64,000 nucleotides of DNA from an uncultured Chloroflexia bacterium (GTDB lineage Bacteria; Chloroflexota; UBA6077; JACCZL01): assembly GCA_963765765.1 (NCBI GenBank), contig CAVXYC010000001.1:288001-352000 (forward strand), given 5' to 3'. Positions 42,500 through 53,805 of the stretch are shown here, one piece after another. The notes beneath the pieces were generated by a model. The model did no database searches. It saw only the letters and a program-made list of their open reading frames with translations, and had not been told where the DNA came from. The translations under genes were made by a program, and so were the position numbers. Position 1 is the first letter of the stretch. Every line of letters starts with the position of its first letter.

Positions 42500-43380
42500 G
42501 TGGCGGGCCGCGCCTCGCGGAGCTGGCGCCGCAAGCGGCGTGCGGTGAGGAGAGCAGGGATGCCCGCACGAGGCGACACGATCAACGTCACACCGAAAAG
42601 GCCGACCGCGGCGAGCACCACGGCGCCACCGGAAGCAACGGGGTAGTAATACGAGACATACAGTCCGATCCATCCCGCCAACGTGCCGAGGCCTGCGCTG
42701 ACCAGCATTTGCTTGTGCACGTGGTCTGTGAGCAGACGCGCCGCCGACGCCGGGACGATCAGCAACGCCGTGACCAGCAAACTCCCCACTGCCGCGAGGC
42801 CGGAGATGACCGCCAGAGCAATCAAGGCATACAGGACCGCGTCGAGCAGACGCACGGGCAGGCCGAGCGCGGTCGCGGACGTCGGATCGAACGAGGCCAG
42901 CACGAGTGGTCGATAGAGCAGCACGATCGCCACGAGGGCAATGAGTCCCGCGACAGAGCTGATGAGGATGTCGCTCTCGTTCACGGCCAGGACGTTGCCA
43001 AATAAGATCTCTGTCAGGTCGTTGAAGTAGCTACCGGTGGCGCTGATCATGGTCAAACCGAGCGCAAACATGGCCGTAAACACCACTGCGATCGATGCAT
43101 CCCCTCCCAGCCATCTTGTTCGTGCCAGCAGGCCGATGGCCCAGGCGGAGATCAATGCCGCCAGCAGTCCCCAGAGCTCGAAGCTCGTGCGCGTCAGAAA
43201 TCCGACCACGACGCCTGGGACGACGCAGTGCGCCAGCGCATCACCGATGAACGACAGCCCCCGCAGGACGACCAGGACACCGACCGCACCGCATGCCAGG
43301 CCCACGAGCGTCACCTCGATGAGTGCCCGTCGGGTGAGCTCGAATTCGAGCGGCCCCAGCAGCACACCGATCAACTCCAC
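42496..43380 (-). CDS. Zn/Mn ABC transporter permease
   Basis: RGLSFIGDALAHCVVPG, ILFGNVLAV, SFDP. Confidence 0.92.
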   Translation of the reverse strand: MELIGVLLGPLEFELTRRALIEVTLVGLACGAVGVLVVLRGLSFIGDALAHCVVPGVVVGFLTRTSFELWGLLAALISAWAIGLLARTRWLGGDASIAVVFTAMFALGLTMISATGSYFNDLTEILFGNVLAVNESDILISSVAGLIALVAIVLLYRPLVLASFDPTSATALGLPVRLLDAVLYALIALAVISGLAAVGSLLVTALLIVPASAARLLTDHVHKQMLVSAGLGTLAGWIGLYVSYYYPVASGGAVVLAAVGLFGVTLIVSPRAGIPALLTARRLRRQLREARPAT

Positions 43381-43395
43381 GATGCACCCGGGGTG

Positions 43396-44202
43396 TTAGG
43401 CGCGATGTCCGCCCACCGAGGCCGGTTCGTGGTGGGCGTCGCCGAAGAACGTAGCCAGCTTTTCCGCCGGTACCCCGCCCCACGCCTGTGCGAGCGCCTG
43501 CGGCGTAAGAACCTGCTGGGGACGCCCGAGCGCTACCACGCGCCCATTGAGGAGACAGAGTCGATCGCAGACCTCCGCCGCCTGAGCGAGATCATGAGTC
43601 GCCATGACGAGAACCTGTCGCGATCCTCGGAGATCGGCCAGGAGGTTGAGAATAACTGCCTGGGTGCTCTCGTCCACTCCCGTGAGAGGCTCATCCAGCA
43701 GCATGACGTCGCCGCCCTGCGCGATCGAACGAGCCAGAAAGACACGCTGCTGCTGGCCGCCGGATAGCTCAGAGATCTGCGCGCGTCGATTTTCGGCCAT
43801 GCCGAGCCGCTCCAGCGCATCCAGCGCGATCCGCCGGTCCGTCGCATCGGGACGCCCAAAGAGTCCCAGCCGACCCTGCCGTCCGAGGAGCACGACGTCC
43901 TCCACGGTAATCGGGAAATTCCAGTCGACGTCGCTACGCTGTGGTGTGTAGGCCACGCGAGCGCGCATCGTCCGATCGAGAGACCGACCATCGAGCGTGA
44001 CCTCGCCGGCCACTTTGCCCACGAGCCCCATGATTCCCTTGAGCAGCGTACTCTTCCCCGAGCCGTTCGGCCCGAGCAGACCCAGCAGCTCGCCGCGCGG
44101 ACAACGTACTGAGACGTCTTCGAGCGCCAGGCGCGAACCGTAGGCAATCCGTAACTGGCTGACTCGCAGGCCATCATCAGGGCACGGTGCGGACGATGCC
44201 AC
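43396..44202 (-). CDS. Zn/Mn ABC transporter ATP-binding protein
   Basis: GPNGSGKST, LSGGQQQR, LLDEP, THDL. Confidence 0.93.
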   Translation of the reverse strand: MASSAPCPDDGLRVSQLRIAYGSRLALEDVSVRCPRGELLGLLGPNGSGKSTLLKGIMGLVGKVAGEVTLDGRSLDRTMRARVAYTPQRSDVDWNFPITVEDVVLLGRQGRLGLFGRPDATDRRIALDALERLGMAENRRAQISELSGGQQQRVFLARSIAQGGDVMLLDEPLTGVDESTQAVILNLLADLRGSRQVLVMATHDLAQAAEVCDRLCLLNGRVVALGRPQQVLTPQALAQAWGGVPAEKLATFFGDAHHEPASVGGHRA

Positions 44203-45134
44203 TACTTGAGGGCGTCCACGATCGTCTGAGTGTTGTATTGCATCATCGTGATATACGTATCGCCCTGGCTCCCTTCCGGCCCCAGTGAATCGCCGAAGAG
44301 ATCCGTCACGACCTTGACGCCTGCCTGCTGGGCGATCTGCTGCTCGAGCCTCGGGCTAAGACTCCGCTCGGTGAAGATCGCTTTCACCTGCTGGTCTTTG
44401 ATCTTCTGGATCAGCATCCGAGTCTCCGAGGCGGACGGCTGTGCCTCAGTACTCAAGCTGGGAATGATGGATCCGATGAACTCGAGACCGTAGCGATCAA
44501 TGTAGTACCCAAATACGTCATGGTTGGTGACCATCTTGCGCTGACTCGCCGGAATTGTGGAGATCTGCTGTTGTATCTGGGCATCGAGCTGATCCAGCAG
44601 GCCGCTGTAGTTCTGCGCGTTCACCCCATAGCTCGAGGCGCCTTCTGGATCGGTCGCGCTGAGCGTATCGCGGATGGCGCCGACCATCCTCTGAACGTTG
44701 GTCGGGTCGAACCAGACGTGCGGGTCATCGCCGCCCTCCGACTCTTCCCCCGCGCGAACGGTCAGGACCGCGGTCTCGGCAAGGTTCACGATAGGTACGC
44801 CTGGACGGGTGTTGTAAGCGAGATCATCCAGCCAGCTCTCCAGCCCGACGCCGTTGTAGAAGACCACGTCAGCCTGAGCAAACTTGCGCGCATCCTCGGC
44901 GGTCGGCTGGTAGTCGTGCGCATCGGCATCCGCGGGCAGGATGCCCAGCATGTTGATGCGGCTCATACCGACGTTTCGCGTGAAGTCCTGAACCTGGGTC
45001 GTCGTAGCAACCACGTTGAGTTTCTGCGCGGGCGCGTCGTCGGCCTGAATATTCAGAGACGGAAGAACCAGGCCGATCACCACTACGGCCGCGGTAACTC
45101 CCCATTGCAACAGGCGAACCGTCATATCTCGCAT
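44202..45134 (-). CDS. Zn/Mn ABC transporter substrate-binding protein
   Basis: DAHDYQPT, DPHVWFDP, TNHDVFGY, DSLG metal-site motifs. Confidence 0.93.
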   Translation of the reverse strand: MRDMTVRLLQWGVTAAVVVIGLVLPSLNIQADDAPAQKLNVVATTTQVQDFTRNVGMSRINMLGILPADADAHDYQPTAEDARKFAQADVVFYNGVGLESWLDDLAYNTRPGVPIVNLAETAVLTVRAGEESEGGDDPHVWFDPTNVQRMVGAIRDTLSATDPEGASSYGVNAQNYSGLLDQLDAQIQQQISTIPASQRKMVTNHDVFGYYIDRYGLEFIGSIIPSLSTEAQPSASETRMLIQKIKDQQVKAIFTERSLSPRLEQQIAQQAGVKVVTDLFGDSLGPEGSQGDTYITMMQYNTQTIVDALK

Positions 45135-45232
45135 CTCTCCCCGTTCGCTTCCATGAGCCTGCACATTCCTCAGCCACAAAGCTCACGTAGCGTCGGTCGC
45201 GCGTGTCGCGTCCTACAGCGGGCGCGAAGTCA

Positions 45233-45249
45233 ATGAGACCCGCTCTCAA
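45233..45249. promoter_or_regulatory. Candidate Fur/Zur-family box between the divergent ABC operon and regulator
   Basis: aTGAGA-cccgc-TCTCAa inverted repeat. Confidence 0.55.
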
Positions 45250-45333
45250 CGATACACTATATCAATACCTTCTTGAAGGGCGTGCGGGCGCTATACTCGC
45301 GAGTGCGGGTATCTCCCGCTGCCGGGAGGCATC

Positions 45334-45808
45334 ATGAGATCGGCGGAGAAAGCGCCGCTGCCCGAGGGCCGCGCCGCGGACATACTCGAGCGTTTGGCGG
45401 AGGAAGGCCATCGGCTCGACCGGCCCGCGCCAGGCGCTCGTTCAGCTTCTCGCCGATCGCGATCATTTATTTACCGCTCAGGAAGCCTGGGAGCAGGTTC
45501 AGGCCACCGGACTGCAGGTTGGCCGAGCCACGGTATTCCGGACACTCGATCTACTTGCCGAGCTTGGTGCGCTCGATCGCGTGCACGAGGGAGATGGCTG
45601 CCATCGGTATATCCTATGTGCGCCCGCCCACCACCATCATCTCATGTGCACCGAATGCGGGCGTGTGCAGCCCTTTGCGGCGCCTGAGGTAGAAGCCATA
45701 ATTCGTCACGTCGCACAGGAAGCGAACTTCGAACCGCTGACGCACCACCTTGAGCTGGTAGGCCGGTGTGGCGACTGTACGCCCCGCTCTGAAGCGTCGA
45801 AGCAATAA
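45334..45808 (+). CDS. Fur family metal-responsive regulator (Zur-like), frameshifted
   Basis: GRATVFRTLDLL, HHHHLMCTECG, LELVGRCGDC. Confidence 0.85.
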
Positions 45809-45917
45809 TTCAATGTGGTCCCGCTAGCAGGATCCGCATTCCGCTGGCGAAAGTCCAGCGGATTCATGGCTTGGGCCTGACCTGGCGGGAGCGAGAGATG
45901 AGCCGATTACGGTACGC

Positions 45918-45948
45918 CCTCTGTATCGATCCGAGATCGATACAGAGG
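45918..45948. terminator. 14-bp perfect hairpin between fur and the M23 gene
   Basis: cctctgtatcgatc-cga-gatcgatacagagg. Confidence 0.55.
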
Positions 45949-45971
45949 CCACCGACCCTAATCTGGGAGCT

Positions 45972-47216
45972 ATGAACTCCGGGGTCCCGAAGGTGTCACT
46001 CCGCTCTGCCGACTATGGGCCACGTTTAAGAGGCGGTCGCCGCACAAGAGGTTCGCGACGGGCTTCCGGGATGTTGGTGCCCCTGGTTATCGGGCTGATG
46101 TTTCTGGTGAGCTGGGTCACTGGATTGGGTCCGTTTGCCATCTGGTGGTTGACAAACACTGAGCCGCCATCGGTCTCATTGAGCGGCCCGACGGGACCGG
46201 TGCGCGGTGTGGTACAGATTGACGTCAAGCTCAGCCCAGCCGATCGGGCGAGCATCGTCCGTGCCTTCGTTGACGATCAACCTATCTCGGTGCAGCGTCC
46301 TCTGACGGTCGATACGGCGGCCGGTGAAGATGGCCTGCATCGCCTACGGGTCCAGGCCGAGGACACGTCTCGACTCCGCAATCAGTCCGAGGCCGAGTTA
46401 ACGCTGCGTTCTGATAATACGCCGCCTCGACTGCGCATGGAGCTCAGCTCGGACGCCGTGGACCAGGGGGGGACGCTGCTACTTACCGTGCGTGCAAACG
46501 AACCCAGCACCACCATGGCTTTGTTGGACGGTCAGCCATTGGAGCTCCAACACGAGGCCGACGTCGACTGGGCCGTCGTCGGGATCGGCCCCGACACGGC
46601 GGCACAGTCGATCCCCATCGTGATGCGCGCCACCGACCAGGCCGGGAATGTCGCGGAGCAGACGAGCTCCGCCCGAGTGGCGACGCATCGGTTCACCGAA
46701 GACCGGGTTCAGGTCCCTCAACGACTGGTGGCCCTCCTGGAAGCACGGATCCGTGCCGAGGAAGATGCGCACCTGGCGCCCGCCTATGCCCGACGTTCTC
46801 CTGTGCGCCTCTGGTCCGGTCCATTCGCGGTGCCGGTGCGCGGCACGATCATCACGGAGTTCGGGGAGATCCGCTCGTACAACGGCGGACCCTTCGAAGG
46901 ACACCACGCCGGCGTGGACTTCGCCGTGTCAGCCGGGACACCGGTCACGGCGCCAGCGCGCGGAATTGTGGCGCTGGCGGATCCGGTCGCGTTGCGGGGC
47001 AACGTGGTCATCCTGGATCACGGACTGGGCGTCTTCACCACCTACGCACATCTATCATCCATTGTCGTGAAACCCGGTGATGAGATCCAGCGCGGGCAGG
47101 CGTTCGCAAGCGTGGGCAGTACCGGCCTTTCGGAAGGGCCTCACCTCCATTGGGAGCTCTGGATCGCCGGGCAGAACGTTGACCCGCTGCCCTGGACTCG
47201 ACGCGCATTCCCCTGA
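45972..47216 (+). CDS. Membrane-anchored M23 metallopeptidase with Ig-like domains
   Basis: HHAGVDF, YAHLS, GSTGLSEGPHLHWE; N-terminal transmembrane helix; DNTPP and ATDQAGN Ig-like repeats. Confidence 0.92.
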   Translation: MNSGVPKVSLRSADYGPRLRGGRRTRGSRRASGMLVPLVIGLMFLVSWVTGLGPFAIWWLTNTEPPSVSLSGPTGPVRGVVQIDVKLSPADRASIVRAFVDDQPISVQRPLTVDTAAGEDGLHRLRVQAEDTSRLRNQSEAELTLRSDNTPPRLRMELSSDAVDQGGTLLLTVRANEPSTTMALLDGQPLELQHEADVDWAVVGIGPDTAAQSIPIVMRATDQAGNVAEQTSSARVATHRFTEDRVQVPQRLVALLEARIRAEEDAHLAPAYARRSPVRLWSGPFAVPVRGTIITEFGEIRSYNGGPFEGHHAGVDFAVSAGTPVTAPARGIVALADPVALRGNVVILDHGLGVFTTYAHLSSIVVKPGDEIQRGQAFASVGSTGLSEGPHLHWELWIAGQNVDPLPWTRRAFP

Positions 47217-47499
47217 ACCGATGCGGATTCCGAGCTAACTTCCTGTGCGCCAGGTGTCCGAATTCGGCACCTGGCTTCACCCTCTAGGCGCCGGGCGGAA
47301 GGACAGAGGGAGTTGAAGTGATGCGCGGCAGACAAGCTCAATCCCGCATTCGTACCCGGCCTCTCCGCCCTGGATGTTCGGCTCACCGACGAGGACCGCG
47401 ATTGCATACATACCGGTGATGACCTCAGCGAGCTGGCTGCACAGCCTCTCGTCGAATGAGGAGTGGGCGACGGCCACTCCCCGGCCGTCAGCTTTGAGA

Positions 47500-47651
47500 C
47501 GGAGACTTACTCAATTGACACCATCGTTGTGATCTTGCCGGAATTCGTCCCTGGTCGCTGGTGGGAGCATCTGCTGCACAACCAGACCGCCCTGCTCCTC
47601 AAGGCCGTACTGCTTTCCCACCCGGGGGTCATCGTCGCGAGCATCCCTTAG
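47500..47651 (+). pseudogene. C-terminal remnant of a YdaO/KimA-like APC transporter
   Basis: TIVVILPEFVPGRWWEHLLHNQTALLLKAVLL..GVIVASIP. Confidence 0.8.
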
Positions 47652-47841
47652 CATCTCCAGCCGGCCGTGTGGCGAGTCGAACAACTCTCGCGGCGGAGTC
47701 TCAGAGAGCGCGGCTTATAAGGACCGCGTTCCCTGAGACTGACTCAACGTCCTGTTACGCTTGGCTACGCATGGGCACGCATCTTGCGTCATGCGCCGAC
47801 ACGGACTCGGCGCCGAGCGTCGAGTTGTAGAAGGTGCTTGA

Positions 47842-50304
47842 ATGGTCCCCGCACATCCTGCCGGCGCCGCTTCTCGAGCGCTGAGCAACGGCGAGTCACG
47901 TTACTGCAACGTCTCTGAGGCGGCCGCCCTGCTCGGTGTGAGCCGAATGACAATGTCACGTTGGATCCGAGACGGCCGCGTACCCGTAGCTCGCCTCGGT
48001 CACCGAACGATTCGCATACGGCGCGAGGACCTGGACCAGCTTCTCCACGACGCGGGGAGTCCCGTTCAGTCTCGACTTGACCGCATGCCCGGTGAGTTGC
48101 CTTCGGGTGGCCTTGAAGGGGAGCGCGCAATCTGGAGCGGCCTCGAAGAGGCGGACCACTTCCTCCACTTGTACGAAGAGGACGCTGTGCTCATTGACTC
48201 GGTCGGTGAATACATTGGCGCGGTCCTGCGCGCGGAAGGCGCCGGAATCGTGATCGCCACAGCCGCCCACCGCAACGGGATCGAGTCGCTATTGCGGGCA
48301 AATGGGCTGAATCCCGACGAAGAGCGTGCGGCGGGCCGTTACGTCGATCTCGACGCAACCGAGACTCTGGAACGCTTTCTGGTGAACGGCCAGCCGGACG
48401 CCGATCGGTTCAATGAGGTGATCGGCTCTGTCGTTGAGACGGCCGCGGCGGGTGGACGTCCGGTCCGAGCGTTCGGAGAAATGGTTGCCATTCTGGCGGC
48501 CGATGGAAATCATGCTGCGGCGATGGAACTGGAACGACTCTGGAATCAGCTCCAGGAAAGGCACCGATTCGCGCTCTTTTATGCCTATCCGATGGACGTC
48601 TTTCGTGATGCCGGCCTATCAGAGGCGTTTGAATCGATTGCCGACGAGCATGGCCATGTCATCCCCGCGGAGAGCTTTACGGCGCGCGCGAATCTGGAGG
48701 AGCGACGGCGCGAAGTGGCAAGGCTGCAGCAGCAGTCCGCGGCACTTCGCGCAGAGGTTGCGGAGAGCCGCCGCCTCCAGGCGGAGCTCCGCCGCAGCGA
48801 GCGAGAGCTGCGCGACTTCGTTGAGAACGCGACCGAAGGACTTCATTGGGGAGGGCCGGACGGGCGAATTATCTGGGCCAATCAGGCGGAGCTGGAGCTG
48901 CTTGGATACACCGCCGATGAGTACATCGGACGCTCGATTACCGAGTTCCATGCCGATCAGGACGTCATCACTAACATTTTGAACCGCTTGCGGGCTGGCG
49001 AAGAGCTCCGCGATTACGAAGCCACCCTCCGTGCCAAAGATGGCTCACTAAAGCACGTACTGATCAACTCTAGCGTGTACCGAGAGGACGGCCGTTTCAT
49101 CCATAGCAGGTGCTTCACTCGCGATATCACCGCGTGGAGGCAGAGCCGAGGAAGCCTCGCGGCGACTGGCAGCTATCGTTGCTTCATCGGATGATGCAAT
49201 CATTGGCAAGACGCTCGACGGAACGGTTACGGACTGGAATCAGGGCGCCGAGCGACTGTACGGATATACGTCCGAGGAGATGGTGGGGCAGCCGATCTCC
49301 CAGCTCATACCCATTGACCGTCCGGACGAATTCCCGTCAATCATGAATCGATTGCGACGCGGCGAGAGAATCGACCATTACGAGACGGAGCGCATTTGTA
49401 AAGACGGGCGGCGTCTGACTGTCTCGGTAACGATCTCACCCGTTCGGGATTTATCCGGCCGTATTGTTGGAGCCTCCGCTATCGCCCGCGACGTGAGCGA
49501 ACGAAAAATGATTGAACGCGAGCGTGAAGCGCTGTTGGCTCGGGAGCGCGAAGCGCATGCATCAGGCGGCTGCCGCGTTACGTCTGCGCGACGAATTTCT
49601 CTCAGTCGCGGCGCACGAGCTGCGGACGCCATTGGCGAGCCTCAAGGCGCACGCGCAAGTTGCCATGCGGCGACTCGAGCGATCGGGTGAGCTGGAGCCA
49701 GAGCGCGTCGCCGAAGCGCTAAAAGCAATGGCATCTCAGTCGGACAAGCTCAATCGCCTTCTAGGACACTTGCTGGATATCTCACGGATCAATGCCGGTA
49801 AGCTGGTCCTGGACGTGCAGCAAGTGGACCTGGTGACCATGGTGGAGGAAGTCGTCAAGAATGCGCGGACGCGGAATTCCACGCATCAGATCACCCTCGC
49901 AGCTCCGGCCCGCTCTTGAGGTCGAAGTCGATCCATTGCGGCTTGAGCAGGTCCTAACAAACTTACTGGATAACGCCGTGAAGTACAGCGCCGAGGGGAG
50001 TTCGATTGAGATTGACGTCTCTCAAGCGGGAGAGGGTACGCTGGAAATTGCTGTGCGCGATCACGGCGTCGGTATTCCGACTGAAAAACGCGCCCGAATT
50101 TTTGAGCGCTTCTACCAGGCGCACGGCTCCGGATTTCAGAGCGGCCTGGGGCTCGGGCTGTATGTGAGCGGGGAGATCGTGGAGCTGCACGGAGGCGAGA
50201 TTCGGGCCGAGTTTCCTCCGGATGGCGGGAGTCGCTTCGTCGTTCGACTGCCGATCCAATCAGGGGCGGAGCGCGCGGATTGCTCTGGAGACGCGGCCGC
50301 TTGA
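47842..50304 (+). CDS. Sensor histidine kinase: excisionase-type HTH, MEDS, two PAS, HisKA, HATPase (three frameshifts)
   Basis: VSEAAALLGVSRMTMSRWIRDG; MEDS HFLHLYE..RAFGEMV..LERLWN..YAYP; PAS; AAHELRTPL; NLLDNAVKYS, DHGVGI, GLGLGL. Confidence 0.88.
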
Positions 50305-50322
50305 CACCAATCCTCAAATGGC

Positions 50323-50673
50323 ATAGCGTCCGTCCTGGTCATTGACGATGACCAGGACCTGAGGCGGGTGCTCACGCTGGCTCTTACGGACGAGGGTTAC
50401 GCGGTGCGTGCTGCGCCAAATGGACGAGACGCCCTGGCTCTGCTGGAATCGTGGCGCCCCGACGTCATTCTGCTCGATCTGATGATGCCCGAGATGGACG
50501 GCTGGACTTTTCGAGCTCGGCAGTTAGCCACGCCCGGCTCGGAGGATGTGCCGGTCATCATTCTGTCGGCGGCCCGAGAAACAAAAGCCGAGGCGCTTCG
50601 GCCGGCGGCTATCGTGGCCAAGCCCTTCAACTTATCGGACCTCCTGGACACTGTTGCCGCGATCGCGCGTTGA
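50323..50673 (+). CDS. Single-domain response regulator (start uncertain)
   Basis: VLVIDDD, ILLDLMMPEMDG, LSA, KPF. Confidence 0.9.
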   Translation: MASVLVIDDDQDLRRVLTLALTDEGYAVRAAPNGRDALALLESWRPDVILLDLMMPEMDGWTFRARQLATPGSEDVPVIILSAARETKAEALRPAAIVAKPFNLSDLLDTVAAIAR

Positions 50674-51400
50674 GAAACCATCGAACTTGGGCCGGCACGC
50701 TTCGCTCGCTGCATCGTGCCGGCGATGACGCGCGAAAGCGCTGTCTAGATTCAACGTCGTGCGTGCCTGCAACGCGCCTCGGCCGCCTCTCGACCGGATT
50801 GCCACACCCGGCCAATAATCCGATCCGCTGGCCCATCTAGACTGGGCACATGCAGCAAATTATTCATTGATTCCGCGAACAACGAGGTCTTAGCAGCGCT
50901 GATCGCGTCATCAATAGACTCGAGACTGCGATCGACTCCGTGGAGAGGGAGCCGCTCATCTTTCCCGTGCGCCGCCGTCATGCGATGCGTTGGTCAGATC
51001 GCAGATACCCAGGGAACGTCCGCGCCCTCAGTCCTCGCTAATAGCCGACACGCTCCACGAGCCGTTGTTGGTTCCAAGCTGACGACTGTCAGTGTCGCCG
51101 TGCTTGACTTCGGCCTCAATCAATGAGCGTGCGCATCAGGTTGGCGGATACGGCCCGACGTCTGTAGGAGTCAGGCCGAGAGTATGACTCGCCCGCTACC
51201 GAGCTCTCATGAAGCCCCCAATATGGCATGAATATGCCGCCGGTCGTTCCCTGGCGGGCACAGCTGCTCCACTTCTCATATTCCCAACACAGAATGAGAC
51301 GCATCTGTTATGCATTCCCTCCTTTCATCAATGCGATAGGGCCGTTAATTAGAGTGGACGGTATGGGGCCGGATGGACGGCTAACCGATACGGAGGGACT

Positions 51401-51664
51401 GTGGCTCAGCGATTTATCAGCGTTGTGGCGGATGGAAACGAGCGCGTGTGGATTAACCCGGAGCGTATAACCCGGATCCTTCGACACGGTGCTGGTTCCA
51501 CAATCTACTTCGATGGTGTCTCGGGAGCTGACGCACTCGACCGTTGCTGTGGTCCGCTCAATGTGCGCGATCACCCTGCTGATATTGCGCGCCGGATGGA
51601 GCAGCTCCATGAAGGCGCCCAGGATCTCAATCCTGGAACATCAGCCGATTTGGTGGAGCTGTAG
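51401..51664 (+). CDS. Small FlbD/SwrD-like hypothetical protein
   Basis: RVWINPERITRI..STIYF..VRDHPADI pattern; RBS ggaggg. Confidence 0.55.
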   Translation: MAQRFISVVADGNERVWINPERITRILRHGAGSTIYFDGVSGADALDRCCGPLNVRDHPADIARRMEQLHEGAQDLNPGTSADLVEL

Positions 51665-52071
51665 CGAGAGACAGTCGCTCCACAACGCTTCATTTCTGGT
51701 TGGACTTCAAACAGAGCGCCCCCTTCCGGTCGCTACCCTGTGAATTTCATATTGATGACCGCCGTGCATTGGCATGCGTTGAAGTGGCGGAGCCAGCAGG
51801 TGTCCCAGGCGCGCCAATAGCGTGCGCTCAAGACGAGAATGAATTTCCATGAGAAATGGGAAGATTCACACTTGCCGCCACTGCCTTGAAGATGGTTAAG
51901 TGTGCCGGCGCAAAGCGCGATCTGGCGACTCAACTGCCAGGCGCGCTAACGTCGGTGCACTCATCATCCTTCGCCCATGACATTCCGCCTCTGTAATGGC
52001 TCTCCCAGTTCGCACAGCGTCAGGATTCTGATGCAGGCGGAACCTCGGTGCCTGCTGGAGAGACGTTCGTG

Positions 52072-53805
52072 ATGAGTCTCCAGCGCATGGTTAGCGCACT
52101 GATTGTGCTGCTCGCCATGACGCTGTCGACTTCGACCCAAAGCGCCATGCGCGCTGATTCTGAGGACGATGGCTCTTCGCTGGAATCGGATCAACCTCGG
52201 CCGCCGCTTACTCCGCGCTGGGTGTTCCTACCCTGGGCCTGGGAGGACGACGACCAGGATGCTCGTGCCGTCATTGATCTCGTTGACGGTTATCAATCCC
52301 GGGGCATCCCGCTCGGGGCGGTCGTCATCGATAGCCCGTGGGCTACGAACTACAACACCTTTGAATTTGGACCCAATTACGCGAAGCCTGCCGAGCTCAT
52401 GTCCGAGCTCAAACAACGAGGCATTCGAGTCATTCTGTGGACTACCGGAATGATCAATGTGTCGTCTACTGATGGAGCCAATCTCGGCAAGGCCGACAAC
52501 TACGATGAGGCTTACGCGGCCGGCTACTTCGTCAATCGCGGTCAGACTTACAACTGGTGGAAGGGTGTAGGAAGCGGCATCGACTTCTTCAATCCGGCCG
52601 CCGTCGCCTGGTGGGAAAAGCAGCTCGATAAGATCATGTCGCTGGGAGTCTCAGGCTGGAAGGTGGACTATGCCGAACGCCAGCTTCCATCAAAGGTAGA
52701 AACCGCCGCTGGCACCAAGACCCAGGCGGAGTACGGAGATGCCTACTATCGAGCTTTTTACAGGTACACCATCAGCCGCGACCCGGAGGGCATCATCCTG
52801 GCGCGGCCATTCGATGACAAGGAAAATTTTGCACCTGTAGATGCGAACCCGGCTGGCTGGGTAGGCGATCAGAACCCATCCTGGGGCAATGACGGCATTG
52901 ACGAGGCAGTGGACAACATGATGATTTCCGCCGAGCGCGGCTATGCCGTGGTTGGATCGGACATCGGCGGCTACGCTTACGGCGAGCGTGACGCTGAGCA
53001 GTTCGTTCGATGGGCACAACTTGGCGCTCTTAGTCCGCTCATGGAAAACGGCGGTAGAGGCGAGCATCGTCCGTGGCGGTATGGCCCCGAGGTGCTGAAC
53101 ATTTATCGGCGCTTTGCCATTCTGCACTATGAGCTTGTGCCATACCTGTACAGCCTGGGCATCGAGGCGCATCGAACGGGTACACCAATACTCCGTCAGA
53201 CCAATCGGAACAATCGTCAATACCAGCTTGGCCCCGACCTGCTGGTCGTTCCGATGACGGGCGCGGGAGGGCAGCGTGCAGTGGAGCTGCCTGAAGGCGA
53301 GCGCTGGTACGACTTCTGGGACGACGATGAGGTCCTGGAAGGCGGGGCGCGGTTTCAGGTGTCAATGCCGCTCGACAGGGCGCCACTCTACATCCGCTCC
53401 GGTGCGATTCTGCCTCTTCAGGTTGAAGACGACACGTGGGGGCACGGCGGCGCGGCTTCGGCTGACGCATTGACGCTGCTCATCTATCCCGCGGCTCACT
53501 CTCGCATTGCCTACTATCCGGACCCCAGTCACAAGATCGATATCGAGGTGAAGCGCCAGATGTTCTCCGGCTCGGTACAGATAGGGGCGGGGCAGGACTC
53601 GTTCGTCCTGCGGATCAAAGAGTCGTCCGCCCCCGCGTCCGTGTCAGCGCAGCAGCGTAATTCGGAGTTGAGCGTCGATGAGATAGCAACCTGGGATGCA
53701 TTCGACCGACCTGTAGACGGCTGGTACTACGACGCGGCCGGTCAATATCTATGGATAAGACTCACCGGTGATGGCTCTCCGCTGAGCGTCTCGTACCGCT
53801 TCTGA
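52072..53805 (+). CDS. Secreted glycoside hydrolase family 31
   Basis: Signal peptide; VVIDSPW, nucleophile GWKVDY, acid/base WVGDQ, GSDIGGY, RWAQLGA, PLYIRSG. Confidence 0.9.
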   Translation: MSLQRMVSALIVLLAMTLSTSTQSAMRADSEDDGSSLESDQPRPPLTPRWVFLPWAWEDDDQDARAVIDLVDGYQSRGIPLGAVVIDSPWATNYNTFEFGPNYAKPAELMSELKQRGIRVILWTTGMINVSSTDGANLGKADNYDEAYAAGYFVNRGQTYNWWKGVGSGIDFFNPAAVAWWEKQLDKIMSLGVSGWKVDYAERQLPSKVETAAGTKTQAEYGDAYYRAFYRYTISRDPEGIILARPFDDKENFAPVDANPAGWVGDQNPSWGNDGIDEAVDNMMISAERGYAVVGSDIGGYAYGERDAEQFVRWAQLGALSPLMENGGRGEHRPWRYGPEVLNIYRRFAILHYELVPYLYSLGIEAHRTGTPILRQTNRNNRQYQLGPDLLVVPMTGAGGQRAVELPEGERWYDFWDDDEVLEGGARFQVSMPLDRAPLYIRSGAILPLQVEDDTWGHGGAASADALTLLIYPAAHSRIAYYPDPSHKIDIEVKRQMFSGSVQIGAGQDSFVLRIKESSAPASVSAQQRNSELSVDEIATWDAFDRPVDGWYYDAAGQYLWIRLTGDGSPLSVSYRF

